A DNA stretch of 64,000 bases, from the IMG/VR virus record IMGVR_UViG_3300037258_000590, positions 124,001-188,000 of that record; one strand, given 5' to 3'. The notes under the pieces were generated by a model. It ran no database searches and had not been told where the DNA came from. It saw only the letters and a list, made by a program, of their open reading frames with translations. Of the stretch, positions 9,001-18,073 are shown piece after piece; position 1 is the first letter of the stretch, and each line of letters opens with the position of its first letter. The position numbers and the translations under genes were made by a program.

Positions 9001-9297
9001 TCAGCCTCCTCCCGGCGGCTCGGTTGCCGCGCGTACCAGCAACGCGAACTCGTTAGCAGCGTCTGCCGGGCCTGTGCTGCTGGCCTTCAGCGACTCGGCG
9101 GGCGGGTAACCCTGCGCCAGGTCCTCGACCAGGTACTCCGGTGTCTGCCTGCACCCGGCGCACATCGCATCGAGCCCGCTGGTCAGGGCGAGATCTCCGT
9201 CACGGGCGATGCAGGGGGTCATGTCAGACCTGGCCCACGGGCAGCCGACGTACTCAGGATCGTCGTCGTACCGCCCGTAACCCGCAGGTCCCTTCAT
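9001..9297 (-). CDS. Cys-containing hypothetical protein
   Basis: RBS AGGATTGAGG; CPW...CIARDG...CAGC. Confidence 0.6.
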   Translation of the reverse strand: MKGPAGYGRYDDDPEYVGCPWARSDMTPCIARDGDLALTSGLDAMCAGCRQTPEYLVEDLAQGYPPAESLKASSTGPADAANEFALLVRAATEPPGGG

Positions 9298-9314
9298 CGC
9301 CTCAATCCTTCCTG

Positions 9315-9512
9315 TCAGCCGGGTCCGTGCCGGAATTCTCGTAGCCGGCCGCGGAGCCGGGACGCCGGCCGGGCCTTCGGCGTGACAGCGACTCGCATCA
9401 GCTCATGATGCGGCGCGACAGCCAGCCTCCTGGCATCAAGTTCAGCATCTTCGGCATACACGCCGGCCGCGGAACCGGGCTCAGTGCGGACAACGATCCA
9501 TACGCTGGCCAT
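9315..9512 (-). CDS. Small hypothetical protein
   Basis: Start overlaps the previous stop. Confidence 0.5.
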   Translation of the reverse strand: MASVWIVVRTEPGSAAGVYAEDAELDARRLAVAPHHELMRVAVTPKARPASRLRGRLREFRHGPG

Positions 9513-11401
9513 CAGCCGCCTGGCCCGCGCATCACGCCGCCGGCGGTGACCTGTTCCAGGCTGTCGGCGATCCCGGCCATGCCGCCGGCTGCCTCCCGGG
9601 CCGCCTCACCGTACCGCGGGTGCACCCCGGTCTCATCGAATCGCTCGCCGTAGCCGTGCAGCACATCCTGAAGTGCCCCGACCAGTTCGTGCAGTCCGGT
9701 CAGGCTGTCGTGCACGTCTTGCGGATCGTGGAACTCCCGGCCGCCCAGCTCCCTGATCTGCTCGGCCATCGCTCCTGTATCCATGTTTCCTCCTGACAGC
9801 GGCCACAACGGGCCGGATCTTCCTGGCATCCCCGCCGCGGAAGGCGCGGATGCGGTCTGCGGAACCGGGACGCCAGCCGGGCGGCGCTGGCGGGCCAGCC
9901 ACCGGTCCTGCCGGCGCCGGTCCAGGTTCCGCAGCCTGCTGGTGAGCCAGCTGTTGCGGTGCCGGCCGCCGTGCGCCCACGCCCTCGGAGGCCGCCGGTT
10001 GCGGCGGATCCGGCGGAACCAGGCCCGCACGGGCCGGCCGTGCCGGCTGAGGCCTGCCCGGGTGACGTGCCCGCCCAGGCCCGCCAGCCGGATCCGCAAC
10101 GGCACGTGCCGTCTGGTGCCGAGCCCGAGCCCGCGGTACTTCCGCCGCCGCAGCCAGAAACCGTGCCACCGGGTCGCTACCCTGGCCCGCCACGGCAGGC
10201 GCGTCCCGGCACGGCGGCGTTTCGCGATTGCGCGCCTGGCCTGCCGGCGGCGCATCGTAGCCCGCAAGCCGCCGCCGCGGGTCCAGATCCGCCACGGCGC
10301 CCACAACGGCACACGACGCCGGTACGGATTCCGCGCGGCTCGTTTACGCGCGGCCCGCAGCCTGACCCGGTGAGCCTTGCGCCTGCTCCGGAGATAGGCG
10401 CGCCGTTCCGGGCGGCCGATCACCTTCCAGGCCTGGCGGCGGAAAAACCCGGCCCGCTTCAGTCCGGCCGGACGGCGGAACCAGGTCCGCGGGCGGGCCA
10501 GGCGGCGGGCCCAGGTCCGCGGGCGGAACCAGGTCCGCGGGCGGAACCAGGTCCGCGGGCGGAACAGGCGGCGCAGGCGAGCTGTCCCGCCCGCGGCGCC
10601 AGCGGTACGCGGCCGTCGCCCGATGCGGAAGCGGCGCCTGCGCGCTGTCCCTCCCGCCGCCCCGCCGCCAGGACGACGGCCGCGCGGTCCGGTACCGGTG
10701 CGCGGCCGTCGCCAGGTGGACGGGCGGAGCAGGCGGCGGCGGGGAACGCGGGGAGCGGTGCCGCCTGCTCCAGTCCTTCGCCGGGTCCGGGGAGAACCCC
10801 CCGGAAGCCGGCGGATCCTGCGAAAAGCCGGCGAAGACCGCCTGGCAGTGCCGGGATTCCGCCTGGGGCCGCGGAACAGCGCTGCCCGGCGGCCGGCTCC
10901 GCTGCCGGAACGGCCGCCAGGCCCGCGCCGCGCCGCAGAACGCCTGTGCGCGCCACCGGAAGCCCCCGCACCTGTCCCGCGCCGGCGGGGGCCAGCCCCC
11001 AGCGAGCGCAGCGCACTGCGGCCCCGACCGCGGGCCCTGCTGAACATGGCACCGCCACCGCGATGCCCGGCCAGCTGGCGGAAACCCCTGCCGCGCTGGC
11101 CGGGCCAGTTGAGACTGCCGCTGGTCCGCGTCCGGGTCACCCGGGTCGAGGTCCTGGCCTGACGTTCCCGGCGGCCGAACGGATGGAAGTGCCGCTGCAA
11201 GTGCGGGTAACGGAACAAGCCGAGCAGCAGCAGCGCGCCACCCCCGGTGCCGGCCAGGACCCACATCGACAGCCGGCCGCCCATGGCATGCTCAGCGATC
11301 AGCAGGGCTCCGGCGGCGAGCAGGATAACGAGAATGACACGACGCCATCCGATCCTGCCCGCGGGGGGGTCCGGTGCGCTAGTCTCAGGACCTGTTGTCA
11401 T
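9512..11401 (-). CDS. TraA-like protein: two TM segments, long Arg-rich region, C-terminal helical module
   Basis: Continuous ORF; RPRTWF repeats near 10480-10570; in-frame internal ATG 9784 with AGGAGG RBS. Confidence 0.6.
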   Translation of the reverse strand: MTTGPETSAPDPPAGRIGWRRVILVILLAAGALLIAEHAMGGRLSMWVLAGTGGGALLLLGLFRYPHLQRHFHPFGRRERQARTSTRVTRTRTSGSLNWPGQRGRGFRQLAGHRGGGAMFSRARGRGRSALRSLGAGPRRRGTGAGASGGAHRRSAARRGPGGRSGSGAGRRAALFRGPRRNPGTARRSSPAFRRIRRLPGGSPRTRRRTGAGGTAPRVPRRRLLRPSTWRRPRTGTGPRGRRPGGGAAGGTARRRRFRIGRRPRTAGAAGGTARLRRLFRPRTWFRPRTWFRPRTWARRLARPRTWFRRPAGLKRAGFFRRQAWKVIGRPERRAYLRSRRKAHRVRLRAARKRAARNPYRRRVPLWAPWRIWTRGGGLRATMRRRQARRAIAKRRRAGTRLPWRARVATRWHGFWLRRRKYRGLGLGTRRHVPLRIRLAGLGGHVTRAGLSRHGRPVRAWFRRIRRNRRPPRAWAHGGRHRNSWLTSRLRNLDRRRQDRWLARQRRPAGVPVPQTASAPSAAGMPGRSGPLWPLSGGNMDTGAMAEQIRELGGREFHDPQDVHDSLTGLHELVGALQDVLHGYGERFDETGVHPRYGEAAREAAGGMAGIADSLEQVTAGGVMRGPGG

Positions 11402-12422
11402 GGCCAGCTCCGTTCCGCTTAGCGCGGACTTCCTGCAGGACGCCTGCCGCGGTGCGGACACTGCCGTTCAGGCGGGCGTCATCCCTGGCCAGATGCCTGA
11501 CACTGGGCAGGGACTGCACGCCGAGGAGGTCCAGGACGACCTGCGCCCGGACTTCCGAAGCCACCGCCAGCCCCGCGGTACGGGCCGCGCGGCCGGGTAC
11601 CAGCCCGGCGCGGCTCCCGGTCCGTTGAGGACGGGGCTGACGGTGACGTCTCCGCGTGGCGGCCGGACCCGCTGCCTGCCCGGCGCCACGACTATCCAGG
11701 TGCTCCCTGGCAGTCTGAGTCTGGTTACCTGCGGGATGCCGCGTCAACTCACGCATGTCCCACTTCGGCGGGGCAACCAGCTTGATGGCCTCGGCGGGCC
11801 GGTTCTCGCCAGCCCACGCGGCCCGCCTGCGCACCTTCCAAGACAAGAACGGGTAGAAGAACGACCGCGTGAAACCGAGCCGGACGGCGTGGTCCTCGAT
11901 CTGGTCACAGGCCTTGAGGTCGTCACGGGACTCGCGGTTAGAGTGAATCCCCCACAGCACCGGGCTGAACACCGAGGCCACGCCGACCGCGATGGCAAAG
12001 GTATCGGGCCGCCAGCCCGGCTCACAGAAGTGGCTGTAATTCAAAGCGCCGATGCCGAGGCCGGTCAGGTAAGCCCCCAGCCGCAGCCGGAGCGCGGAGT
12101 CTCCCTTGAGCCGGGCGACGTGAGCCTGCCAGGCCAGGTAGACAGCGATGGATTCCAGCGCCGTAGCGACCACCGCGCTGACCGCGGACGGGATAGTGAC
12201 ACCCGGGACGGGATGCCGGTGCGACTGGAAGTACAAGAACTGCCCGTAGAACGCGACGAAGTTGACCAGGACGATCGGCACGGCTGCCAGCCACGCCCGG
12301 TGACTGCCGTGCTCCCGGGCGCGGCGGTTCTCAGCTCGCGTGCCAAGCACGAGAAGACCCGCGGTAACAACATCGCTCAGGCCTCGTGACCTGGGCCGGG
12401 AGTCCCGGTTAGGCTGTCCCAT
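11385..12422 (-). CDS. DUF2637/SpdB-like membrane protein with C-terminal HTH-like segment
   Basis: ATG after GGAGG; four TM segments (AVPIVLVNFVAFYGQ, ALESIAVYLAWQAH, LGIGALNYSH, SPVLWGIHS); IEDHAVRLGFTRSFFYP motif. Confidence 0.6.
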   Translation of the reverse strand: MGQPNRDSRPRSRGLSDVVTAGLLVLGTRAENRRAREHGSHRAWLAAVPIVLVNFVAFYGQFLYFQSHRHPVPGVTIPSAVSAVVATALESIAVYLAWQAHVARLKGDSALRLRLGAYLTGLGIGALNYSHFCEPGWRPDTFAIAVGVASVFSPVLWGIHSNRESRDDLKACDQIEDHAVRLGFTRSFFYPFLSWKVRRRAAWAGENRPAEAIKLVAPPKWDMRELTRHPAGNQTQTAREHLDSRGAGQAAGPAATRRRHRQPRPQRTGSRAGLVPGRAARTAGLAVASEVRAQVVLDLLGVQSLPSVRHLARDDARLNGSVRTAAGVLQEVRAKRNGAGHDNRS

Positions 12423-12608
12423 GTCCGGTGCACCTCCAACCAGGTGGTCCGGGTCAGGGGGCGTGGACCCGGTAGGTCGGGACCACGCCCCCGTGTTGAC
12501 TTCAGGTGACGGTAAGGGTATCACGCAGGACCCTTACCGTCGTTAACTACTTACCCTGCCGCCGTGTTCCCCCTGGGCGTGACAGCCCTGGGAAACGCCT
12601 GTGCTGTT

Positions 12609-12734
12609 TCAGGAACGGCGTTCCATGCCGCTAGCTGACAGCAGCCTGGCGACAAGCCCTGTCGCGGACTGGGCCACTTCCGCGGCCTGATGCAGGGCTG
12701 CTGCGCCGTTGCTGGCCCCATTCGGGTTGTACAT
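12609..12734 (-). CDS. 41 aa peptide
   Basis: ATG after CAGGAG. Confidence 0.4.
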   Translation of the reverse strand: MYNPNGASNGAAALHQAAEVAQSATGLVARLLSASGMERRS

Positions 12735-12862
12735 GATGATCTCCTGCCACGTCCCGGGCGGCCAGGCGGTTCCTGGCCGTTCTGCCGGATAATGCAACGA
12801 ACGCCTGCACGTGCACGAAACATTCCGCGCGTCAGCTGACGCAATCAGGTCACACGATCCGC

Positions 12863-13198
12863 TCAGGCAGCGCTCACCTTGTCGAACGTGTAGTACAGCT
12901 GAATAGGGGCGCTCACATCAGGCGGCACAGCCTCCATGTCGATCTGGCCACCCTGGAACACGCTGGCGTCGTCGGTCCCGAACACCGTGACCGGCTCGCC
13001 GTGAACGGCCGGATCGGGCCCGCGGCGGACACCAGTTATCTCCAGCTTGCCTCTCGTGAACCGCATTGTCGTAACCGGGTACGAGCGGCCGGCTACGACA
13101 ATGCGGCCCAGCGGCTGCCGCCCGCCCGGCAACTGCGGTACCTGCCCCGGCTTGCCTGCGCGGATCCGGCACCACTTACGCCAGGCCACCCGCTTCAC
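12863..13198 (-). CDS. Hypothetical protein
   Basis: RBS GGAGGT; GTG start overlaps the previous stop. Confidence 0.6.
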   Translation of the reverse strand: MKRVAWRKWCRIRAGKPGQVPQLPGGRQPLGRIVVAGRSYPVTTMRFTRGKLEITGVRRGPDPAVHGEPVTVFGTDDASVFQGGQIDMEAVPPDVSAPIQLYYTFDKVSAA

Positions 13199-13751
13199 TG
13201 TGCACCTCCGGCGTACGCAGTAATCAGCACGGCAATCTTATCCGCGGCTTCGTACGCCCCCGGCGGCCACTCGATCTCGAATACGGCCGGGCTCATCCCG
13301 CAATCGGTACTGACAATAAGCCGCCAGCCGCCCAGGCCGTCATGACAGCCAGCCAGGAAATGCGCCAGCTGCGGCAACGCGGCCAGGTCATCGGCAGCCA
13401 GCCAGATCCGGAACGGCCGCTCGCCGTGACCGCAGCAAGATTCAGCGGTCGCCAGGCCCGGCACAGCGCGATCACCTCAGGATCGATGTCCGCGGGAGGC
13501 GTCCGCGCAGCGGTCTCCGCATCGTCGTCTTCGGGCAGCCTCGCTGAGGCATGGCGTTCCGGATCGGCGAGCCACGCCCGGAATGCCCGCCACCGCGCGG
13601 CATGGACCTCCGGTACCGGGTTCCCGGTCGCAGGCCCGTGCCGGGCGCTGTCACGATACGAGCGGCACGATTCGCCAGGCGCCGCACCGCAGCTGTCACA
13701 CCCGGCGACGGAACGAACCCGCGTGCGACGGCCGTAACTACGTGACATCAC
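13195..13751 (-). pseudogene. Frameshifted gene: phage-type Zn finger followed by a PGxxTxESCCGHG domain
   Basis: Frame 1 gives CDSCGAAPGESC...HAARW...IDPEVIALC; a second frame continues PGLATAESCCGHGERPFRIW; junction near 13455-13465. Confidence 0.5.
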
Positions 13752-14098
13752 GCCTCCGGTCCTGCGTTACGCGACACGGTGTCTCACATGACGCAGCCGG
13801 CCTGAATGCGAGCACCGGCACAGCAGTGTTCCGCCGGACATGGCGTGCCAGCGCCCGGCGGGCCGCAAGCGGCTGTCCCAGCCAAGCCACGTCCGGCGCT
13901 CCGGTGCTGTCACGGCTGAGGTCTTCCGCAACGCTGGCACAACCCGGACCAGCCTCCGTCAACCCGCGACTGCGGACTGGCAGGCGGCCGGAAACGATGG
14001 GGCACGATACGCCAGAAGCGCCGCCGCCAGGATTTACCGGGAACCGGAAGGAAGTGCGGGCGTCTCCTGGTCATGCCACCCCGCCGGGCCTCAGGCCG

Positions 14099-14698
14099 TC
14101 AGGCGGCTTCAGCATCAATGGTCATTCCTACGACGACACTGACCAGTACCCGGTCCTGATCCCGGGCAGCTGGCGTCAGGTCGTCCCAGTCCACCAGGTC
14201 AGGATGGGTCTTGGCCACCGGGTCCCGCGGGCCGCGCTGCCAGCCGCGACCCTCCAGGAACTCTCTCCACTCCTGGTGGTGGGTTCGCGCGGACAGCGGC
14301 CGGGACCCCACCCGGCGGATGCCCCGGACACCCGCGACCGCAGCATCCCACAAGTCCGGGTGCAGTTCCCGCTTGACGGCCAGGGCCTCGGCCGCCGCGA
14401 TGGTCAGGTCAGGATCCTGCAGGCGCATCAGCTGATGGACCCTCTGCAAGCTCATGATGGTGTCGTGGCCGACCAGAGCCACGAGCACGTCACTGTAACC
14501 GCCCCCGCGGTGATGATTCACGCCATTCCTCGTTTCAGCTCTCCCGCCGGACAGCTTACGCCGTGCCCGGCCGATCCTGAGGCCGCTCTGCGCCGTAAGC
14601 GCGACGCATCCCGGATACGCCCCGGCGCACCCGCAGCACGTGCATCCTGCCCAGCACGCAACGCGGCGAAGGCCGCAAAACATCCCGCGCCCGGGCAC
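14099..14698 (-). CDS. RyR-domain protein (true start probably downstream of 14698)
   Basis: HQEWREFLEGRGWQRGPRDPVAKTHPDLVDWDDLTPAARDQDR matches the RyR repeat pattern. Confidence 0.75.
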   Translation of the reverse strand: MPGRGMFCGLRRVACWAGCTCCGCAGAYPGCVALTAQSGLRIGRARRKLSGGRAETRNGVNHHRGGGYSDVLVALVGHDTIMSLQRVHQLMRLQDPDLTIAAAEALAVKRELHPDLWDAAVAGVRGIRRVGSRPLSARTHHQEWREFLEGRGWQRGPRDPVAKTHPDLVDWDDLTPAARDQDRVLVSVVVGMTIDAEAA

Positions 14699-14789
14699 TG
14701 ACTGATCGCCGCGGCCAGCCGCGCCTGTTGCGAGGAACGGCAGCTGAGCACAGCATGCGCAAAACCCGTATCGCGCAGCAGGCAGCCCC

Positions 14790-15125
14790 TCACCGGAAGT
14801 TCCTGGCCCCTGCAGGCGACGGCGGCCGGAGCTGAACAGCCAGCAGCTGGAGCTGATCGGCCAGCGCAGCCAGTTCCTCCCGGGCGAACCGCTCGCCAGC
14901 CCCGGTCAGCCGGTAATACACCCGCAGCGGGCGCCGCAGCGCGACCGGATCAGCCTGCTCGCGTTCTGAAATGAGCAGGCCTGCGGCTTCCAGGCGATTC
15001 AGGATCGGGAACAGCGTCCCGGAGCGCATGTCAAGATCGGCGCACAAGCCGGTTCCGTATCGCGGGAGCGCTGGGTCGTTCAGGAACGCCCGCAGTGGCT
15101 TCGCCGAACTGACGGTTAGCTTCAC
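14790..15125 (-). CDS. PadR-family transcriptional regulator
   Basis: RYGTGLCADLDMRSGTLFPILNRLEAAGLL...RRPLRVYYRLTGAG. Confidence 0.85.
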   Translation of the reverse strand: MKLTVSSAKPLRAFLNDPALPRYGTGLCADLDMRSGTLFPILNRLEAAGLLISEREQADPVALRRPLRVYYRLTGAGERFAREELAALADQLQLLAVQLRPPSPAGARNFR

Positions 15126-15172
15126 ACCCCCATTGTAGCCATCCGTAAAAGCCTCCAGCTGGAACATCACGG

Positions 15173-15230
15173 TGTCGGCCGCACTGTCGGGCAGGCTGTC
15201 GGCCGCACTGTCGGCCGCACTGTCGGGCAA
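15173..15230. repeat. Five tandem 12-bp units TGTCGG(C/G)C(G/A)(C/G)(A/G)C
   Basis: Direct reading; immediately upstream of the PadR gene. Confidence 0.85.
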
Positions 15231-15454
15231 GTACCGGGCAGCGCCCTGTCGGGTGTCGTGCGCCCAGCTCGGATGGCAGCGCGACCCCGCATACCCGGGC
15301 CGGCGGCGGGCCCATCCGACAGGCGACAGCACGACGCTCCTGCCAGGCATTACCCGACGTCAAGAGCGGCTCAGGAATGCCCGGAAGTAGTTAGCACAGC
15401 TAAACACCGCGCTGAGTAGCCAGACGACCACAAAATACCCCTGACCTGGAGCTT

Positions 15455-15692
15455 TAGAACACCTGTACGAAAAACTCGGCACCGTTCACATAACAGCCAG
15501 GTAACGCCCTGGAAGGCCTAGCTCGGGCGGCGTGTCGCCTTACACATAGCTTTACCATGACAGACTTTTTCTAACACGTATTCGAACGTTCCGCACGCGG
15601 TAATTTTCCGCGGGGGCAGAAACGCGTGAGGCAGGCATCCCCGCAGGCGCGCACCAAAAAATCGAACATTTGTACACGAAACATACATTCGA
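15455..15692. promoter_or_regulatory. Four LexA(SOS)-box-like sites
   Basis: TAGAAC-ACCT-GTACGA 15455, TCTAAC-ACGT-ATTCGA 15570, TCGAAC-ATTT-GTACAC 15662, CGAAAC-ATAC-ATTCGA 15677 vs actinobacterial TCGAAC-N4-GTTCGA; 2-3 mismatches each. Confidence 0.45.
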
Positions 15693-15706
15693 TTTCTACA
15701 CGGCTG

Positions 15707-15834
15707 CCATTAGCCTCGCTAACTAAGCCATTAGCTAGGCTAACTACATGGGGGGTCCCGCTCCATTAGCGCGGCTAACTAAGCCATTAGCGAGGCTAAC
15801 TACATGGGGGTCCCGCTCCATTAGCGCGGCTAAC
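15707..15834. promoter_or_regulatory. Array of five palindromes CCATTAGC-N3-GCTAAC
   Basis: TTAGC cores at 15710, 15731, 15766, 15787, 15821 (spacing 21, 35, 21, 34 bp); spacers CTC, TAG, GCG, GAG, GCG. Confidence 0.7.
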
Positions 15835-15977
15835 AGTTGCCCGTAGGCACGTACAGCTACCTGGTCGCAAGATCGCCAGACGCACCCCCATGACAACCGC
15901 ACCGTGACAACCATCCATACCGGCGGCAATCGTGACGGTAACCACACAACGCCCGACGCTGGCAGGAGAGCATGCGT

Positions 15978-16028
15978 GTCACCAGCCACCGTCAACCAGC
16001 CACCGTCACCAGCCACCGTCACCAGCCA
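15978..16028. repeat. Four tandem 13-14 bp units GTCACCAGCCACC
   Basis: Direct reading. Confidence 0.85.
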
Positions 16029-16184
16029 GCTCATCGGCAATACCGACATACCGGACATGCCTCTATACGGCTCTGAGTTGGCCGCTAACGGCTTGCACCC
16101 CCCGGTTGGCCGTATCACCCCACCTCTATGCTCTTATGCGTTTTGGCTGGTCAGGAGGCATGTTTAGCGAGCAACCAGGGCAGT

Positions 16185-16352
16185 GTGGCCGCGATGCCGC
16201 GCGACCAGGCCAAGCAGCCGTGGCCGCGATGCCGCGCGACCAGGCCAAGCAGCCGTGGCCGCGATGCCGCGCGACCAGGCCAAGCAGCCGTGGCCGCGAT
16301 GCCGCGCGACCAGGCCAAGCAGCCGTGGCCGCGATGCCGCGCGACCAGGCCA
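16185..16352. repeat. 4.8 identical tandem 35-bp units GTGGCCGCGATGCCGCGCGACCAGGCCAAGCAGCC
   Basis: Units start at 16185, 16220, 16255, 16290, 16325; no spacers; length not a multiple of 3. Confidence 0.95.
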
Positions 16353-16854
16353 GACACGTACCCTGCCCGATATCGGGCAAGGTGTGACGGAGATCACAAA
16401 AGTCACATAACAGCAGGTCAAAGCCATGTTGATCATGAGATTCCCACTAGTCGGAGCATTGTCACTTGATACCGCATAGGACGGTGTGCGACATTGGGGA
16501 CTCAATCAAATTTCATACCGAGACGGCGCGCGGTGCGAAGATCGGACGCGCTTAGCTCGCCGGCCGGAAAATTCAATAGTGAGGAGTAGGCCGGCAAACG
16601 CGCGGTTGAGCATGGTTCTCAGATTGCCACGATGCCGCACATGCGAACTACCGGCCGTAATCACGGGTGACTCTGCCCACGTACCTAGACGCGTAGCGAT
16701 TAGGTACGGCACGGGGCGCGGATGGCTAGCAACCATCGCGCGCACCAATGAAATTTCCAGGCCAGCTCTTGGCGTGTCCCGTTCTACCGCGCACCTCGCG
16801 CCCACGGTGACCAGATGATCTATCCGCCGGCCGGCCTGGCTTGCACGACATGCA

Positions 16855-16974
16855 CCGTCTGTTGGTGGCGGACCATGGCACGCACAGTGACGATTCCGCA
16901 AGGGCCGGCCTTCAGTGGTCCGTTGCACTTGCTTACCCGCACGCCGCGCACCATGGCCGGCCACGGCCAGATGG
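16855..16974 (+). repeat. Hairpin motif B copy 1
   Basis: CCGTCTG-TTG-GTGGCGGACCATGG...CCATGGCCGGCCAC-GGC-CAGATGG. Confidence 0.6.
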
Positions 16975-17021
16975 ATTGAGCCGGCCGCCAGCACCCAACC
17001 GCAAGATCAGGAGTCCGCATT

Positions 17022-17126
17022 ATGTCCACCCCCATGTTCTGGGAAATTACCGCCGCGATTGTCCTGACCGTATTCACCGGAATGTTTGTCTTGCCCGTAC
17101 TCAGCGCGTACCGCAAGCAGCGTTAG
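17022..17126 (+). CDS. 34 aa membrane peptide
   Basis: CAGGAG RBS; MSTPMFWEITAAIVLTVFTGMFVLPVLSAYRKQR. Confidence 0.55.
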   Translation: MSTPMFWEITAAIVLTVFTGMFVLPVLSAYRKQR

Positions 17127-17173
17127 ACCCCGTGCATCAACCCGTTCACCAACCCAGATCAGGAGAAACCGTC

Positions 17174-18058
17174 ATGACCAGCAAGCCCAACACCAGCAAG
17201 CCCAACACCAGCAAGCCCAACACCAGCAAGCCCAACACCCCTGCCAAGCCGAACACCAGCAAGCCCAACACCAGCAAGCCCAACACCCCTGCCAAGCCGA
17301 ACACCAGCAAGCCCAACACCCCTGCCAAGCCGAAGATCGACCTGACCGCGTACAACAGCGCCGTCCGCACCGCTCGGGCCGCTGTTAAGCGCGCCGGTAT
17401 CGCCAACTGGGTTATCGGTGACGCCGCGCTTACCGTGGGCACCAAATACTCAGAGAACAAGCTCGGACAGTTTGCCGATGACATCGGAGTTGAGCTGCCA
17501 AGCGTGCGGAACATGCGCACCGTGAGCGCGGCGTACCAGGCCGACGCCATCGCTCGTGATCTCCAGTCATGGACGGTCTACGGGGTGTTCGCCTCTCAGG
17601 ATGACCGGTACGCGCTTATCGCGGCCGGCAATGACGGTAAGCCCTGGTCTGTGTCGGCCGCGCGTGCGCTGGTCAAGGGCCGGAATGAGTCGGCCGAGTC
17701 GCCGGCGGAAATGCCGGGCGGATCCGAGTCGGACGAGTCGCCGGCGGAAGTGTCGGATCTGGAGAAGGCCAGGGCCGAAGTTCAGCGGCTCGAAGGTGAA
17801 TTGCTGAAGGCACGCGCCAAGCTGGCCAAGCTGGAAGCTGGCATCAAGCAGCAACTTCCGATGCTGGCCGCTGACGGTACCGACTCGCTTGCGGCCACGG
17901 TTCCGGCGCCGATCCAGCACAGTGAACGCAGTGTGCCCGCACACGTGGCCGGCGACTTTCACGCCGCGTGCAAGCAGTGCCAGGCCGCTAAGGCATCTGC
18001 CACGGTGACCGAAATCAGCACGCCGCGCCGCGCGCGCAGTCGTAAGACTGCCGCATAA
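17174..18058 (+). CDS. Putative DNA-binding protein (LmbU-like HTH) with N-terminal (S/A)KPNT repeats
   Basis: About 10 KPNT repeats, then NWVIGDAA...YSENKLGQFADDIG...VRNMRTVSAAY...SWTVY; coiled coil and terminal CxxC. Confidence 0.55.
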   Translation: MTSKPNTSKPNTSKPNTSKPNTPAKPNTSKPNTSKPNTPAKPNTSKPNTPAKPKIDLTAYNSAVRTARAAVKRAGIANWVIGDAALTVGTKYSENKLGQFADDIGVELPSVRNMRTVSAAYQADAIARDLQSWTVYGVFASQDDRYALIAAGNDGKPWSVSAARALVKGRNESAESPAEMPGGSESDESPAEVSDLEKARAEVQRLEGELLKARAKLAKLEAGIKQQLPMLAADGTDSLAATVPAPIQHSERSVPAHVAGDFHAACKQCQAAKASATVTEISTPRRARSRKTAA

Positions 18059-18073
18059 CCCAGTCAGAACCTC

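Noticed and set aside
3108-12389. Long plus-strand ORFs in the left arm (e.g. 6152-7732, 7820-9109, 9959-11422, 11247-12389)
   Set aside because: Antisense shadows of recognisable minus-strand genes in high-GC DNA, with no RBS or motifs.
16185-16352. CRISPR array interpretation of the 35-bp repeats
   Set aside because: Units are directly tandem with no unique spacers, and no cas genes are present.
15744-16505. Short ORFs across the switch-region repeats
   Set aside because: They are translations of non-triplet tandem repeats, open in several frames on both strands.
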